This document shows, in pieces, positions 38,160-53,275 of a stretch of DNA of 64,000 nt. The notes beneath the pieces were generated by a model. That model did no database searches. It was not told the DNA's origin and saw nothing but the letters and a program-made list of their open reading frames with translations. The number at the start of each line of letters is the position of its first letter. Positions within the stretch are counted from its first letter, which is position 1. The position numbers were made by a program, and so were the translations under genes. The DNA comes from Callorhinchus milii (lineage: Eukaryota), in the NCBI RefSeq assembly GCF_018977255.1, contig NW_024704742.1:121398001-121462000 (forward strand), read 5' to 3'.

Positions 38160-38540
38160 ATTCAGCCCATGGAGTCTGCACCACCAGTTCATTATATAGA
38201 CCTTTTAAGCTTTTTGCCATACCTCTTAATACCATGTACCTTAATATCTCTTTTAAATATTGTGTTCCTATTGATTCTGCCTCTACAATGTTCTGGGGGA
38301 GAGCATTTTTCACAACCCTCTGTGTAAACAAATGTTTCCTGACAGCAATTCTTACTGTCTTTTTTTATTTTAAGGCTATGGGCCCTTGTGAGTAAGATAT
38401 CCTTCCAATAACTGGGTGCCCCAAACTGACACAGTCTGAAGTCTGACCAACACACTCGATACAGTATAACTGAGGAAGCATTTCTTTTCTTTTATGTTCC
38501 AATGTTGGATTTGATCCATTTGTAATTCTTAACTGGCCTC
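38160..38540 (-). mobile_element. Degenerate CR1 LINE 3' fragment
   Basis: Remnants of CR1 ORF2 C-terminal motifs (C.QF.AP.Y.KDI; TR.HSLKI; FK..I). Confidence 0.7.
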
Positions 38541-39854
38541 TGAGCATTGAGACTTTTCAGGCCACATATTTGAAAAAAAATAGTGCTCCTGTAAAGTGTA
38601 TTGTTTGAAATCTCTGAGTTAGACTTTAAACTGTGAAGGTTTCCCTTTCACAATAAGACTACTCATGTTTTGTTCAAAATCAGCATCCGACTCCTAAATA
38701 GAGCCTTAAGAAAATATAATGTATAAGGGTCAAGATTAGACTTAAAAGTCTACGGTAAATAAAGTGAATCCTGACGTAGGTATTCACCACTTTGCTTGTC
38801 ACTGTTTCCAATGCTGGAATAGCCAATATCCATTTATATGCAAATTTGACCATCCTATTTTTCCCAGACCCAAATCTACTGTACATTATACACTTCACTG
38901 TAATTTCCTGTGGTTTCAGCTGTAATTCAAGAAGAAACAGAACCTCTGAAGAAACAGCTTTGGAATTTTCTTAGAAGCTGCTTAAAAGATGAGAAGACTT
39001 TCTTCCCACGTTTCAATTTTCTTATTTTCTCTCCTCCTTATTTTTATTTGTGCTGGGGCACCGTTCCCAGAATCACTTGTAATCCTTTTCATTGGTTGTT
39101 AATTATATGATTAAGGGCACGTGTAATTCCTTCTGTATACATGTGCATGCACATGGTTAACCTAACCCACAAATATTCCACGTGGGCTGTCAACACAACA
39201 TACCAGTTAGACACCAATAGTAGCTTCCCATACCTTCCCACATTAGCTGATATCAGCCAACTCAGCACACAAATGGGAAAGACCATGGACTGAATGTAAC
39301 ATTGTCCTGGTCCATACACCTCAATGAGGCAATAGTCACAGAATTTACCCATGTTACAATGTAATATGTACGTAGGAATCTTAAGTTAAGAATGTTCCAA
39401 AATTCCAAACAATCTTACATTTTAAGGCAATGGTTTTAAGGGTAAGGCTCAGAAGAATTTCAGGCATCTGGAATGCATTTCTTTATGAATAGTATGTCAT
39501 GCCATTTTGTAATGCTGTATATACACTGTTCTGCACATGATTGATTATATTTGTAATAGATATAATGTAAAGCACCAAAACCAAAGTTGCAAACGTGCCA
39601 TTGGTGTTGCTAGACGTTTAGAGTTTCAGATGTAATCTGATTTCTAACTGGGAGTTTTGACTATCTATAATTCACCAGAAGTGTATGTGTTTATATGTAT
39701 ATATCAGATGTCTTCTGATGTAACAGATAGTCATGCCAAATGTCCACATTTGTCAAATGTAATTGGGTTCAATCTCTATCTGATACTTGTACCGATATGT
39801 CTTCCTGCTGGCACTCAGCTGTGCATACTGGCCGATGTTATAAGAACAAAACAT

Positions 39855-40418
39855 ACAACAACAACTTGGATTTATATAGCGCCCTCCATGCCGAACAGCG
39901 TCTCAGAGCGCTTTACACTAACGGATCCCGGGGCCGAGCCGGGGGGAGGGGAAGGAAGGTGACCAAAGGCGCGGTCGAAAAGAAAGGTCTTCAGCAGAGA
40001 CCTGAAAATGGGAAGGGAGGGAGCGAGGCGAAGGGAGTGACGAAGGGAGTTCCAGAGCCTTGGGACATAGTGGCTGAAGGCACGGCCGCTGAGGTGGAGC
40101 AGAGGACTCGGGGGACGAGGAGGAGGCCAGACCTGGAGGAACAAAGGCAACGGGTACTGTTGTGAGGAGAGAGGAGGTCAGAGAAGTAGGGGGTGCAGAG
40201 GAGTGCAGGGACTTGAATACAAAGGTGAAGATCTTGAAATCGATCTTCTCTGGGATAGGCAGCCAGTGCAGTCTGGTAAGGACTCGGGTAATCGGGGAAC
40301 GAGTTTCGTACAGGTGAGAATGCGGACGGCAGAGTTTTGAATGATTTGGATTTTATGGATGGTAGTGGATGGGAGACCGGCGAGGAGGGCGTTAGAGTAG
40401 TCCAGCTAAGAGGTGACA
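39855..40418 (-). mobile_element. L2 LINE 3' fragment, second family
   Basis: GRAFSHYVPRLWNSLRHSLR.APSLPIFRSLLKTFLF; 3' UTR differs from the main L2 family; (TTG)n tail. Confidence 0.9.
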
Positions 40419-41467
40419 TTTAATGTCTCATCGAAGGACAGCACCTCCATCAATGAAGCCCTCCCCCAACCCTCACCTTAGACAATGTGATTCCAAGTCC
40501 TGATGTGGGTCTTGAACCCACAAATCTTCTAACTCAGATGAGAGTGCTACCACTGAGCCAGGCTGATATCAGTTGTCGCCATGTGCCCTGATTTTAGTAC
40601 CCTAAAAATCCGGTTCTTAACCAAATGTTTCCATTTGCATTTAAAAGGAAGTTACATTAATTGACACAGCATGAAGATGCCATTTTTCATATCTCTTCAG
40701 CCAAGACACCAGGATAGATCTCATCTTGTCAGATCAGAACAGACATGGTTTAGAAAGTCTACAAAGGTGTCAAAAATAACATTAAGAGATTATCAGTGAT
40801 GAACGTGGACCATCACTTTAAACAATGTCAAAGGTGAGCTGCTTCTAGATTAAGGTCCTATGCAACAGCAAGCTTTTGCTAACTAAAAAAAGCTTGTTCA
40901 TTCTTAATGTAATTCATGAGAGGGGATAATGAAATACATCACTGTGTCCTGTTAACAAGTGCCCTATCTGTTCTGTTCTTCATCAAAGGACTGATTATTA
41001 TTTCTCTTTAAAATTTCAGAAGACTTTGAAGTGAAGTGTATGCAGAGCAAACGAAGAAAGAAAAGTTAATAAACGGCATGGGTCTTGGTGGGGAATTTCC
41101 GTAGATCACAGTAGAACCCCAGGTAACCACCAATTTCAATTATCCATCAGATTCAATTGCCCTTTACTCTGTGTTGAGACAAATTCTACAACTTCAAACT
41201 GAACTCCACCACAAAAGGTTATTTTAAATTTAAAATAACAAAACTAGAAAGTACACCTAGTGTAAGTAGAAAACTGCATAGAAAGATGATATTAGTTTAA
41301 TTAATGAAAGAGATATGAAAAATACAGCAGTATTATGAAAAAGCCATTGTTAATACAGTATTTATTTTGGCATTGGATGAAAAATAACCCCCAATAGATG
41401 ACCTTCGGTTTATGTTCAGAAAAGATCAACTATGTTCAGAATCTTTAATAAGTGTATAATAATATTA

Positions 41468-41870
41468 ACAATCCTTGCATTTTATCCATAGGAAATCTCA
41501 AAGTGCTTCATAGGATTTACTGTTAAGTGTCGTGACTCTGTATTTTGTAGGCAAACAATTTGCACACATCAATGGCCTACAAATAGTTGTGAAATGAATG
41601 ACCAGTTTTAGTTGGGGGATTGTTGACCAGGACACCAGGAGAAAACCCCTCCTTTTTTTGAATACTGTCATGGGATCTTTAACGTCCATCTGGACAGGTA
41701 GATGGAAGCTCGGGTTAACATCTCATCTAAAGGATAGCACCCCCATCAGTGGAGAGCAGTATCAGCTTTGACTATGTGAGTTCAAGGTTCTGATGTGGGA
41801 CTTGAACCACAACCTCTGACCTTCTGACTCAGGGGTGAGTGAGAGTCCTACCAACTGGGCCTGGCTGACA
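41468..41870 (-). mobile_element. Near full-length DeuSINE-like element
   Basis: tRNA-like head, Deu-type core (GATGGACGTTAAAGATCCCATGACAGTATTCAAAAAAAGGAGGGG) and tail. Confidence 0.82.
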
Positions 41871-44800
41871 ACCTCTTTCCACTAAAGCCAGAACCAATTA
41901 ACCTTTCAGGAGCATGTAGAAGAGTATCATCAGGTCAAATCATTACAATACACCCCACAGTCTGTTGAGAAATGAATAGATGTGGTACAAGCAAAACATT
42001 CAGAGAGACAATGAATGAGACATTATATCAATAAAGCAGCCTTTATCAATTGAGAATCATAATTCATTCTTCCTTATTAAGAATTACCGATTTCAAATTA
42101 AGGTAAGAGATTGAACAATATTTTAATTCCTTTCATGGACATAAGACTGTGGAATGACAATGCATTGCTCTGTTGCATCTGCTGTGGTGTTGCATACTGT
42201 GGTTCATCATGTGGATTAGATGTGTGCAATAGATCATTATCCCCACCATGATCTATGGCTAGGCCAGTGCACAGATGAAATGACAGGTTCTATTCATTGC
42301 TAATATTTCTCCTTCTTCATTTTCCATCATAGCTCACCCATGGCCATCTGGAGAAGGAGCAACAGCCAGCATCAACAGTGCTGCAGAAGAGTTACCATAA
42401 GGTACTGTCATTTGTGGCACTTCAGATGATTTGTGGAGTATTTTTCTCTTGAGATTAGGCTACCCATGGCATAATGAAGCATGCCAGAATCCAGATTTCT
42501 ACTGAATATTATTGAAAGTGAGATGGTGCCCAGCATCAACTTATTCCCCTCTGTTACAGCAGGCTTTTGTAGGCTTTCTACACCCTTTTCTACCATATGC
42601 ACAGTCTTCATTACACCTAGATAGCTGCAACCCCCTCCAACTAGGTCAATCTGTGTATACCTGCAAATCTTGGATTCTTTGCTGACTCCTAGAGAAAGAG
42701 CCTCTGAATGCTTCAGACACTTAAATGTTGCTTCACCACACCAATCGTGTGCTCAGTCAGGCTCCTGTTTATTAGTGCACCTCCCTGCACTTCCTTTCTG
42801 GTGCGGATTTCTGTTAGAGGCCAGTAGGCAATGACACAGCCACACCCTAATCACCCAGATGTCATCCTTGGAGGCTCACGTCCTTCCTGAGGGTGGCAGC
42901 ACAAGGAAGCATGGTTCAGCACAATGAACCATGTATTGAGCCAGGCTACTGTTAACTGAAATATGTGTTCATTTGATCAATGTATTACACACCAGTTGAA
43001 CATTGATAAAATGTAAAAATTTCCAATTAAAATATGCTGGTTGGTTCACTGTTGGATGCTTCAATGCCCTGTGTGCTCAATCAACAACAAATTCAACAAC
43101 AACAACTTGCATTTATATAGCCCCCTTCACACGGATAGCGTTAATTCCAAACACATTTGAAAAATCCACAAAGACATTGAACTCTTGTTGTCTATGTATC
43201 TCCATGTTTTGCTCTCTGTTAACATGGATTATAAACAACAACAACAACATTACATTTGTATAGAATTACCCCCTTCCCCTGGCTTCTGACACCTGGTGGA
43301 TTGATGTCAATATGGATTATTGGTTGATGCCCCCAGACAAAGCCTGGAGTCTGTTGCAAGTACATTCAGGACCTCAGCAACCTTGGCCACTGAGAATATT
43401 CATGTCCTCTTACGGTATATGGCCCAGTTTTGTCACCAGCTCATGAGAAAACATCAGGCTCTAGTGAGACTGAATCCTCTGTAGGATTCAGACCGGGCAG
43501 TCTAGGCTTGTAAACCCTTGTACACAGATGCACATAATTTGTATTCCAATATATCTCCTGTGGCTATAAATGCATAAAATTAACCAAGTAAGATTTCTCC
43601 CCCTCCCCCACACTGTGGTTTGTAGTCAATCACAAGACAGACAGCATGTTGCCAAAATTGTCTTGCTTTCATTTTACTGTTTCATAACAGTGCATCACAT
43701 TGCCATAGGCCCAGGACTTCTCCTAAAATAGTAAATAATAAGCTACTTTGGGGTTTCTTATACCTCATTCTCACAGAAAGGAAACAGAGCAGAATCAGAC
43801 ACTGTGATCTTATTGTAAGTGCAGCACAGTAAGGCAGGAAGAGAACTCTGTTGACATTAGCGTACAAGCTTATCAAACAGCAATGTGCCTTGCCACCTCA
43901 CTGTGGTAATGTCACGTTCTTTGCCTCTATGAATGATTTGCATATAGCACTGCTTCTACCTGCAGAATAGACAGACATTCTGTCAAGTGCTGCATAGCAA
44001 AAGAGTCTGAATCTGAAAAGAATCTGCACACAGAAAACACTTGCTCTTCATGCATCCATACAAAGCACATGGAGTTCATTCAACACTGTCTCTGGCTGTG
44101 TACATACAATTCAGTCCCAAAATATTGCTGAAGGTCTGAAAAGTACTTCTATTAGTTACCTAATTATGCCACTTAATCACCATTATTTTGGAAAGGTGCT
44201 TCACCTCCACTCAACATCTCAGCTAGTGAAGATTAAAATTTCATAGTGTGCAAGAAATTGATAACATTATCATTTTTGCTTTTATACCTTGTGAACTGCT
44301 TTTACTTTATAGACTATTAGATCCCTCTTAACTAATGTGTATATATTTCATGTAAAAGAAGATAGACCGGTATACACTGGCGGAATGTGCCTTTTCAGGT
44401 ACAGACTAAAATACTGTACACTGCAGCCTATTAAATTAACACTCAAACCCTACAGACCCTCAGTGATTAGTTAGTGCTGACTAGATTTGTTTGCAGCTTC
44501 ACATCATTTTTAGCCTTGGGAACAAGCAGTGAAAGATTCAGCCTTTTTAGTTTGTGCCTTTTATTTTGTACTGGCTTGTATGTAGTGTAAATCCATAACA
44601 TATTCACTATTTGATAATTGTGTAAGGATAGGCTTTTATTTGTGTACAAAATATTGGTGCAAATTTAGTTTTTTCTTCTCCATTAGTTACAATCTGCACA
44701 ACTTTTCTCAGGTGAAAGATAGTATCCAGGCCCCCTCACTGCCTCTGGCAGTTGCACTAAAGTGACCTTCTCCCTGTTAAAAACCTGTGATACTCACTGT

Positions 44801-47800
44801 TTAGGCTCAGCTATGAAGAGTGTCAATTTGGCCAAGTTACCGGAGGGTGACTAATGTAAAAGGTAACAAAAGATCATGAAGAGGAAACTAATCAAATTGC
44901 AGAAAGACCACTAAAACCAACATCAATGAACAAAGACAAGGTTTCAAGGAAAATTCCCATGCAGATAGATATAAATTAAATAACCAACATTTATTTAAGA
45001 ATAATAAATATTTAACAAAGCTGATTAACCTACATTTGCTTGGAAGTGAAACTGCAACTGGGCAGACAGGTTAGAGCAAAGGGGAAAAGATTAGAGCAGA
45101 AAAAGGAAAACTTTAAAGGATTATTTTCTGGTGCTTGTAAATGTTGCTGCTCAGGTTTCATTAATAGTGCTACATATAAAACATTCTGAATGGTCACTGG
45201 TAAATAAAAATCCACAATATAAACAGCTGAGAAAGACCAAAAAAATCTGACAAAAGAGTCAGAAGCAAAACTCCGGCCGCAAAATGGTCTTTGACAATGT
45301 TTGAGATCGTGAATTTCTTCTACTTTGGGGGATTTTTGGTAGAAAATTCTGCTATTTCAGTCCTAAATCAAATTGTTAATGCACTAACTTCCAATTTGCA
45401 AATTCTTTACTACATTTCAGCTCCACTGTGTGAAATTCTTTGGCATTTTTTGATGTAACAAGATGCTATATGAAATGTAGTATTTTGCCTTGAAAAAAAC
45501 AATTGAAACAGAAATACAGCAAAATAAGCACTCGTTCATTCAATACCAACGAAACTCATAACATTAAAAATAAATATGAAAGCTTATAGACACTCCAGAG
45601 AGGCCTAGAATCCTACTGAGTGACCAAGTAAGGTTGGGTGATCATTTCTTGAGATCGCAGAATGATAAGCCCTAGGGCAGGAGGCACAGTACAATATTGT
45701 CCAAGAACTGATACCTGAGAATGTACATTTGAGAGCAGCTGTATTTGCATTAATCTGTCCATCAGCATGAAATTGATACAATAGCATTGCAAATCTACAA
45801 CGAGGAATGATACTGACCGACAATTTACTGTTTCCTTCCATTCATTGTACAGCCAGAGAAGTACTTCACAATTTTTCATGAGGGACAGACTGCATTTAGC
45901 CAGCAGTTGTACAGTGCAAGACATTAACAAGGAGGGACACAGACTTGTCCCAAACATTTAGGATGCAAGAATTCAATCGGATACACTTCCTCCTTAATAT
46001 GATTAGATATGTTTATACTTCCACCACTCCCAAGAGCCATCTCCCATAGTATATTCTGTGAAGTGCTTTGAAACGTCACAACGATGTGATATGGCACTAT
46101 ATAAAATGCAAGGATTATTATTATTTAGACCCAATAGACTACAATTAATCTGAACGTCACAATATAAGGTCCCCAGAAGTTTTTTTAAAATGGTATTCTT
46201 CCAGAGATCTGACCATTGGAAAATTACATGAAGAATCCTTTCTCTGGTTGGATTAAGTAAACCGCTTGCCATTGAGAGCACTATCTGATAAGATGCTTCT
46301 TCAGGTGGGACTACCCTACTAATTGGAGCTTTGGGTTCCAGGGTTAACAGGAACCAAATGGAAAGAATAACTGTCCCCTCAGCTCTCATTCCACCCTCAC
46401 ATCTATCTGATCCTTGACCTAGACTGCTTGTTTGCAGCATCACTACATTGCTTGCCTTCATCCCTAGCTTATCCTCAATGCTGCTGAAACCTTCAACCAC
46501 ATCTTTGTCATCTCTAAACTTGACTTTTCAAATGCTCTTCTCACCCCAACGCCACCATCTGCGAGCTTCCCCTCCTGGAGCTCTTTGCTGTACTCTTATC
46601 CAATGCCCTTTCTTTCCCTGTATCTTATAATTATTTTCCCTCAAGTATTTATCTAATTCCCTAATAGGGTCCAAGATTCATATCCACAGCCAGTTAGTAA
46701 TTATCAATCGGTTTGAACACAATTTTTAAGTGTCACCTACAAATACACAGTCACTGTACTCTGGAAAGGTCTGTGAGGCACTTTGATACGTTTAAGCATA
46801 ATAAGGAACCCTGTTAGTTGATTGGCAGATCTGCCATGTTTCGCTCACAAAACACACAGTCAATCCACATTACAATATTTTCTGTGAAGCATTTTGAGGC
46901 GTCTCAACGACGTGATAAGGCACTACATCAAATGCAAGGATTATTATCATTATTAATAAAGTGCCATATGAAATGCAAGAATTGTTATTAGTACTTTTCA
47001 CCCCCAATATCGGATTTGACAAATTCTGATTTCAAACATTGTATATAACCTGAGGCTCAGTAAATATACACAAGGAGGCTGGAACAAACCAAAGAAACCC
47101 TAACAGTTAACCTCTCATCAACAAGTCACATCAACTTTACAATAAAAATAGACACAATTTGTGCTGGTTGTCAACATTAATTCAGAGGAACAAATATCAA
47201 CTTACAAATGATCAGTCAAAAATCTGTTTCTCATTGGTAGCATTAACCCTATTCTGGTCCTCCTGGCCAGGAATAGTATGGTGCAGCTGAACATTGTTGT
47301 CAGCTGTAAAGCAACACTATCTTGCAATGTTAAGTGCTCAGCACCTGAACCAGGAAGACAGATAACAGCTTATTTCCATCATCCATATAACGGGCACCAG
47401 GATATCCTGTGAAAAAAACTTGTGATAGTTGTGTAAAGGAAAACGAAGGGTACAGCTGGGCATGTTGGGCTGCTAATGTTACTCAGATGGTAATCGTGAT
47501 AACACAGTTCCTTCATAAACACTGACAACGTGTCTGGAAAAGCTAGCATTCACGAACCATAAGGAAAATCAACACCATGTTGACACAGATGTGCTACTGG
47601 CAGTTTATGTGCAATGGTATGGCACCCTGTTAGTATTGTAAATTCTTCTGCAATGTTGCAGTTGAATACACCACATGAAATCTATTAACTGAACTCATGA
47701 ATGTTATGCTGGTATCTTGTATGCTCGAATATTGAACATGACTTACATAAAACAGTGTACTAACTTTATTCACTGAATTTGGTACACAGCTGCAAAAAGG

Positions 47801-48544
47801 TAGTTAAAAATGTGATTGGCTATGTTCTTTATTGTCAAGGAACATGTTCTAAAGTTACAGCACCCAAATCCAAAAACAAGGCTAATAACATATTTAATGG
47901 CTGAAACAGATGGAAAGATTGAGTCTACAATATCTATAGAAGTGAAATTGAAAGCGGACATTGAAGAGTAACCTATTATTTGATTGCAATATTATTTAAT
48001 ATATGTCAACATATATGAGTGGACTACAGTGATCAGAAGTATTAAGCTGTAACATGTAACAAGACTTTGGTACCTAAGCCATAAGTCTGATTTCTACAAT
48101 AAGCAAATGCTAAAAAGAATACGATTGCATTAGAAAGAGACAGATTACTAAATGCTTGTTTACATTGTTACAAGACAACAGCAGCGTGGATCAGATTGGT
48201 ACTTAAGCACCAAAGCTTATTATCCTTTGAAGTTGTTTACTAGGGGGTGCAGCAGTTGTAAGCTGGATGTCCTGTGGATTTGTAAAGGCTGTGCAAACAG
48301 TAATGCTATTTGAGAAAAAAAAGTTTAATTCATCATGAATTCACCAAAATTCTGCTGCTAAGTTCTGTCATAAATATAAAGCAAATGTTTACTGCTAATA
48401 TAACCTCAATATAGTTATAGTAGCCACTGTAGTGTTTTCTAAAAGGAGAGTTTTAGACCTAAATAGATTAGAGATAGGAACTGCAAAAAAAACTATATCA
48501 CTATATCGTCATTTGTTTGATAGCACTGTTTATGTGGTTTATTA

Positions 48545-48782
48545 ATTGCATTTGATATTGCACCAATCACATCAGGAGGATATCTCAAAGTGCTTCACAG
48601 GATTTACTGTAGTGTGGTGACTTTATATTTTGTAGGCAAATGCTGCAGTCAATTTTCACACAATAATGTCCCACAAATTGCCATGAACTAAGTGATCAAT
48701 TTTATCTGAGGGATTGTTAGGCAGTAAACTGGGGAGAAACTCCCTTCTCTTTTCAAATAGTACCACAGGATCTTTAATGGTT
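48545..48782 (-). mobile_element. DeuSINE-like 3' portion
   Basis: Same core and tail as the copy at 41468. Confidence 0.75.
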
Positions 48783-48984
48783 TGTACAGATTCTATGCCC
48801 CTAGACTCTGGAATGCCCTCCCTCTATTCCTTTGTCTCGCGTCCTCTCTATTTGTCTTTAAGTCCTGCCTTAAAACCTACCCTTTCAACCGCATCTATAG
48901 TTACCTCCCTCTTCCCCCGCTCCCCTGCTTGGTGTACGTCATTATAAAGCACTCCAAGACGTTATCCAATGTGATGGGCACGAC

Positions 48985-49740
48985 ATAACAACAACAAGAT
49001 TACATTTGTATAGCGCCTTTCACGTTGGGAGGAAGTCCCAAGGTGCTGGACAGAGTACAGCATTTCAGACCCGAGCTGGGGTTGGGAGCCTAAGGGATGG
49101 GAGGGGAAGGGGGGTGACCGATGGCATGGTCGAAAAGGAGTGTCTTGAGGCGGGACTTGAAGGAGGCTAAGGAGGGGGCGAGGTGGAGTGATTGGGGGAT
49201 GGAATTCCAGAGGTTGGGGGCAGAGTGGCTAAAGGCTCTCCCGCCAATGGTGGGGTGGGTGAGTTGGGGGATGTGGAGCAGGCCAGAGCCGGATGAGTGG
49301 AGGGAACGGGCAGGTTGGTAGGGGGTTAGGAGGTGGCAGAGGTAGGGTGGGGCGAGGCCATGGAGGGCTTTGTATGTGAAGACCAGGATCTTGAACTGGA
49401 TCCTCTGAAGGTTAGGGAGCCAATGGAGTCGGGCGAAAATGGGGGAGATGGGGTCACGGAGTTTGGTGTGGGAGAGGACATGGGCTGCAGAGTTCTGGAT
49501 TATCTGCAGCCTGTGGAGGGAGGAGTTGGGAAGACCGATAAGCAGGGAGTTTGTGTAGTCGAGCCTGGAGGTGATGAAGGCATGAACAAGCGTTTCAGTG
49601 GCCTGAGGGGTGAGGTAGTGGCGGAGTCAGGCGATATTATGGAGGTGAGGGAAGATAGAGTGGGTTCTGGCTTGAATGTGGGGGAAAAGACAGTTGAGTG
49701 TCGAACAAGATACCTAGGTTCCTGACTGGCTTGGTGACAA
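48985..49740 (-). mobile_element. L2 LINE 3' fragment
   Basis: Homologous to the 34115 and 36470 copies; (TTG)n tail at ~48990. Confidence 0.92.
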
Positions 49741-50384
49741 AAATGGAAGTTGTTGTTGTAACGACCAAAAAGAAGTTTGCAGGTATTCAGCACTTTTGAT
49801 ACTTTGATTAATTTATTCATCATTTGAGGGAAAAGGACCGATATCAATGAATAAATATATTATCAACAGTCAACGGGTAGCCTGCTCATTTTACATCTCT
49901 GAATCTATTACATTTTATGGTTATGTTTTGCTTTTGATCATGAATATTTTTTGGTCAGCTGGGTGTCTGATACATGCGGAAATCCATCACCATGCTTAAG
50001 AGTATCCAAACCAAGATTTATTTCTTGCATCCAATCTACGCATGGAAATCCCAGAGATAGATTGTTGGAATAGAATGTACACTCTCCCTGGAGGAGGACC
50101 ATGTCAGTGCTTTAAGGACATCCTCCTGACTTGAAAGGCATTTTACAAATGTAATTTTGTTGTTGTTGTGGTTTATCTAATTCCAGAAGGTGTTAGGCAT
50201 AGGTTGGCAAGAGCCAAGGCTTAGGGACCCTAGAGTGTGCATTGGGGTACTGCTGGAGTTTGACCACTTAAAACCACACAGCTTGCCATTGATATTGCTA
50301 TCCGGCAAGCTTTCCTGCTGCTTGTCCAGCTCGGACCACCCTACCCATTAGGGCTTTGGCTTGCATGGTTAACAGGAGCTGAGT

Positions 50385-50575
50385 GAGATGACTCCCTGCC
50401 CCCAGTGACTGGTCTGCCCTTCCAGGTCCTGCCAATGAACCAGGCTGGCTGAGCTGTCATCAGCAGTGTCCTGGAATACTGCGGACTGGCCTGGCTCAGG
50501 AACTGGACTAGGGAGACCGCCACAGCGAGCTGGCTCAATTCCGATATTCTGTTGGCAAGCATGCCAGTTCAGCTT
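50385..50575. repeat. Unclassified dispersed repeat, copy 1 (inverted homolog at 56225-56390)
   Basis: The reverse complement shares GGAATTGAG, GAGCCAGGC, CTGCTGATGACAG and TTGGCAGG blocks, in order, with 56250-56385. Confidence 0.65.
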
Positions 50576-51489
50576 CGAGGAGACTCTGCTTAATTTTGAT
50601 CATAATGGAAAGGAATATCATTGTGTGGAATAGGGATATTTTTACCATTCTTGGCAGGATCCAATCCTTCCTGCTCAGGAAGAAGACAGCCTCAACAGCA
50701 CCATAAACTCCACTTCAGAACAGGACTGCAGAATGCAACAAGTGTGATTTTTTTCCATTTTCCACACTTATCGTCCCTATCGCCTCTTTCAGTTAGAGTG
50801 AATTACATTGTAACATAATAAGGAGTAGACCATTGGTCCACCTAGCATACTCACGTAACCAGTTTTAATAGCAATTTTACGATGCAGACACTTCCCATTA
50901 GGAACTGGTTGAAGCTGTCGAAAATAATTCCTAGCAACCAAACGAGAGATTAAATGTTCTTCCTACTATCTGGGCCTGATTCAAACGCAGGTCGCAGGAG
51001 TGAAGAGGTAGTGTGCTGACTTACTGTGTTATCACTTATCTCCTGCATAGTTCCTAACCCCAAACAATTAATGTTAATTTAACCAAGTGATGAATATATA
51101 TTGGAACATCTTTTTAGATAACCTTGAATTCTCATTGAATTGAGGGGAACAGGAGCCATCACTTTACAACATTCTTTTTCTCGCTTTAAAAATGAAATGT
51201 CTTTTAATCTAGTTGTGATTCTTTGGTTTGACCCTTCAGTGTTGAAGAATATTGAATATGTGCTGAATAATATCAAAGCACCTGACTGAAATTTAAAACT
51301 GATGCCTATAATTTATCGCACTATATATTAAGTTGAATAGACTTTTTTTTCCAACAAAAGCAATTCACTTATTTCATTATACATATGAGAATAATTATGT
51401 AAAATGTGAATTTAAGGCACAGGTGTTTCTTTAATTTATTGACATTGTAATTACATTAATTGAATTACATAGATTTGCATAGAACATTA

Positions 51490-51760
51490 CTGCACAAAAC
51501 AGGCCATTCGACTCAACTGGTTCATAATGGTGTTTTTACCCTATAAGAGCCTCCACCCTTCCTATTCCCCTCTCCTATGTCTCGCTTCCATTTTCCCTTA
51601 TATATGCATTAAGTTTCCTCTTAAATTCTTGAATGCTTTTTGCTTTAGTCACAGACTTCACATTCTCACCACCCTCTGTGTAAAGAAGTTGTTCCTTTAG
51701 ATCCGCTAGTTATATTTAGTAGTTTATATTTAAGCCCCTCCTTTTGGACTCATCAACAAA
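51490..51760 (-). mobile_element. CR1 3' end remnant (similar remnants near 52420-52560 and 54180-54410)
   Basis: ACAGGCCATTCGAC terminal motif and CACCACCCTCTGTGTAAAGAAG, typical of CR1 3' regions. Confidence 0.6.
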
Positions 51761-52844
51761 CATAAGTGAGTAATAAACATAATTTTTCTTTGAGGCCATA
51801 AAGCGTGCACAACTAAGATGATGAAATGTAATACCTGGATGCTTCAAACATTCCTATAAGGTGGAGTTAAGCTTTCATACTTGTGGCAATCCTGGGATTG
51901 CTTCTACCCTCCACCCACTATATGGTACCTTCGCCAGAGGGTCATAATAATTTCACTGGTTGCTCTATATGGAATGTAAATGATCAGTTTTACCTTGTCA
52001 GAGCATATTAATAATCAAAAATTAGAACAACAAGAAGTTTTTTTTTAGAATATTGTTTTTCTTCCTATCATATCCCCTTGCAATCTGTTTGCTGACTGCC
52101 AACCAATGTAAGAACCACATTATAACCATGTAAGTATATATCCAGATTTAATCTGCACCACAGGGTTGATAAGGAAATAGCCCATATTTTATGCCCTCAG
52201 ACTACTATAAAGTAGGTCCAGTAATTACATTTTTGGGGTACAATATTGATAATTAGTTTAATTATTCTATTTACTTTTTTGTATTATTGGTTTAATTTCT
52301 ATTTACATTTTTTAAAAAACATTGTGGAGTGAGTGCACATACTAATTGTATGTTTTCAACTTAGAAAATATTATTTGGAGATTGATTATCTTATTATTAC
52401 ATTACAGTTACGTACAGTGATAAGGCACAGAAACATATCATTTGGCCCAACAGGCTGATGCCAATGTTTATAGTCCACACAAGTCCCCATCTCTCCCGTT
52501 CCCCTCACCTATAACCCTCTATTCCCTTCTCCCTCATCTCTGTATGGAGTTTTCTCTTAAAAACATCTAATTTGAAGAGGACAGCACCTTCAACAATGCA
52601 GTGCTGCAATGGAGTGTCAGCCTGGGCCATGAGTTCAAAGTCCTGTTGTGGGGCCAGGAAACAGAAATCTATCTGTGCTCCAAAACGCAGCGGAATCACA
52701 TTTTAATGAGAATCTCACTATATAGACAGCTGAGTGCTGGTGGGGGGGATACACAAATTGATCCTGCGTTATCATTTCATGGCAAAACAATGCACTCAGG
52801 CACTGAGTTGCTGCTCCATTGGTTGTGGTTCCCTCTGCAAAGTT

Positions 52845-53275
52845 CCCTCCTCCTTTTCTGAAAGTCATCTCTTTGTTGGGATATGGCTCTATGGGCTTCT
52901 CCGCAAAAGCTTTTGTGTGTTGATGGGCTACATGACCACTGGGGGGCATCACAACTCAGATAACAATGTTAGACGCTTCATCTTAATGTTTGCCCTAATG
53001 TTCCTCCCCCCACTCCATCCCCACAATAAAAGGCATTTTGTGAGATTGAGTGGGTTTTCCTTTTTATGACCATAACCCGCCCTTGCCAACATCCACAGAA
53101 CCACATTTTCCAGTAAACGTCATTGGATAGTAATCAAGAACAGGAAACGTGGCTGATTTTCTTCCCCGCAGGGAGACTAACATCAATTGTACACAGACCT
53201 CATTGAGTCTGGTACATTGACCTGTATGGTCCTATTTCCACATTGGGTAGCGCTTTTACCAACTAAGCCATTCAA
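52845..53275 (-). mobile_element. AmnSINE2-like old SINE
   Basis: GGGGGGCATCACA and CATTGGATAG..ATCAAGAACAGGAAAC.TGGCTGATTTT match the family. Confidence 0.55.
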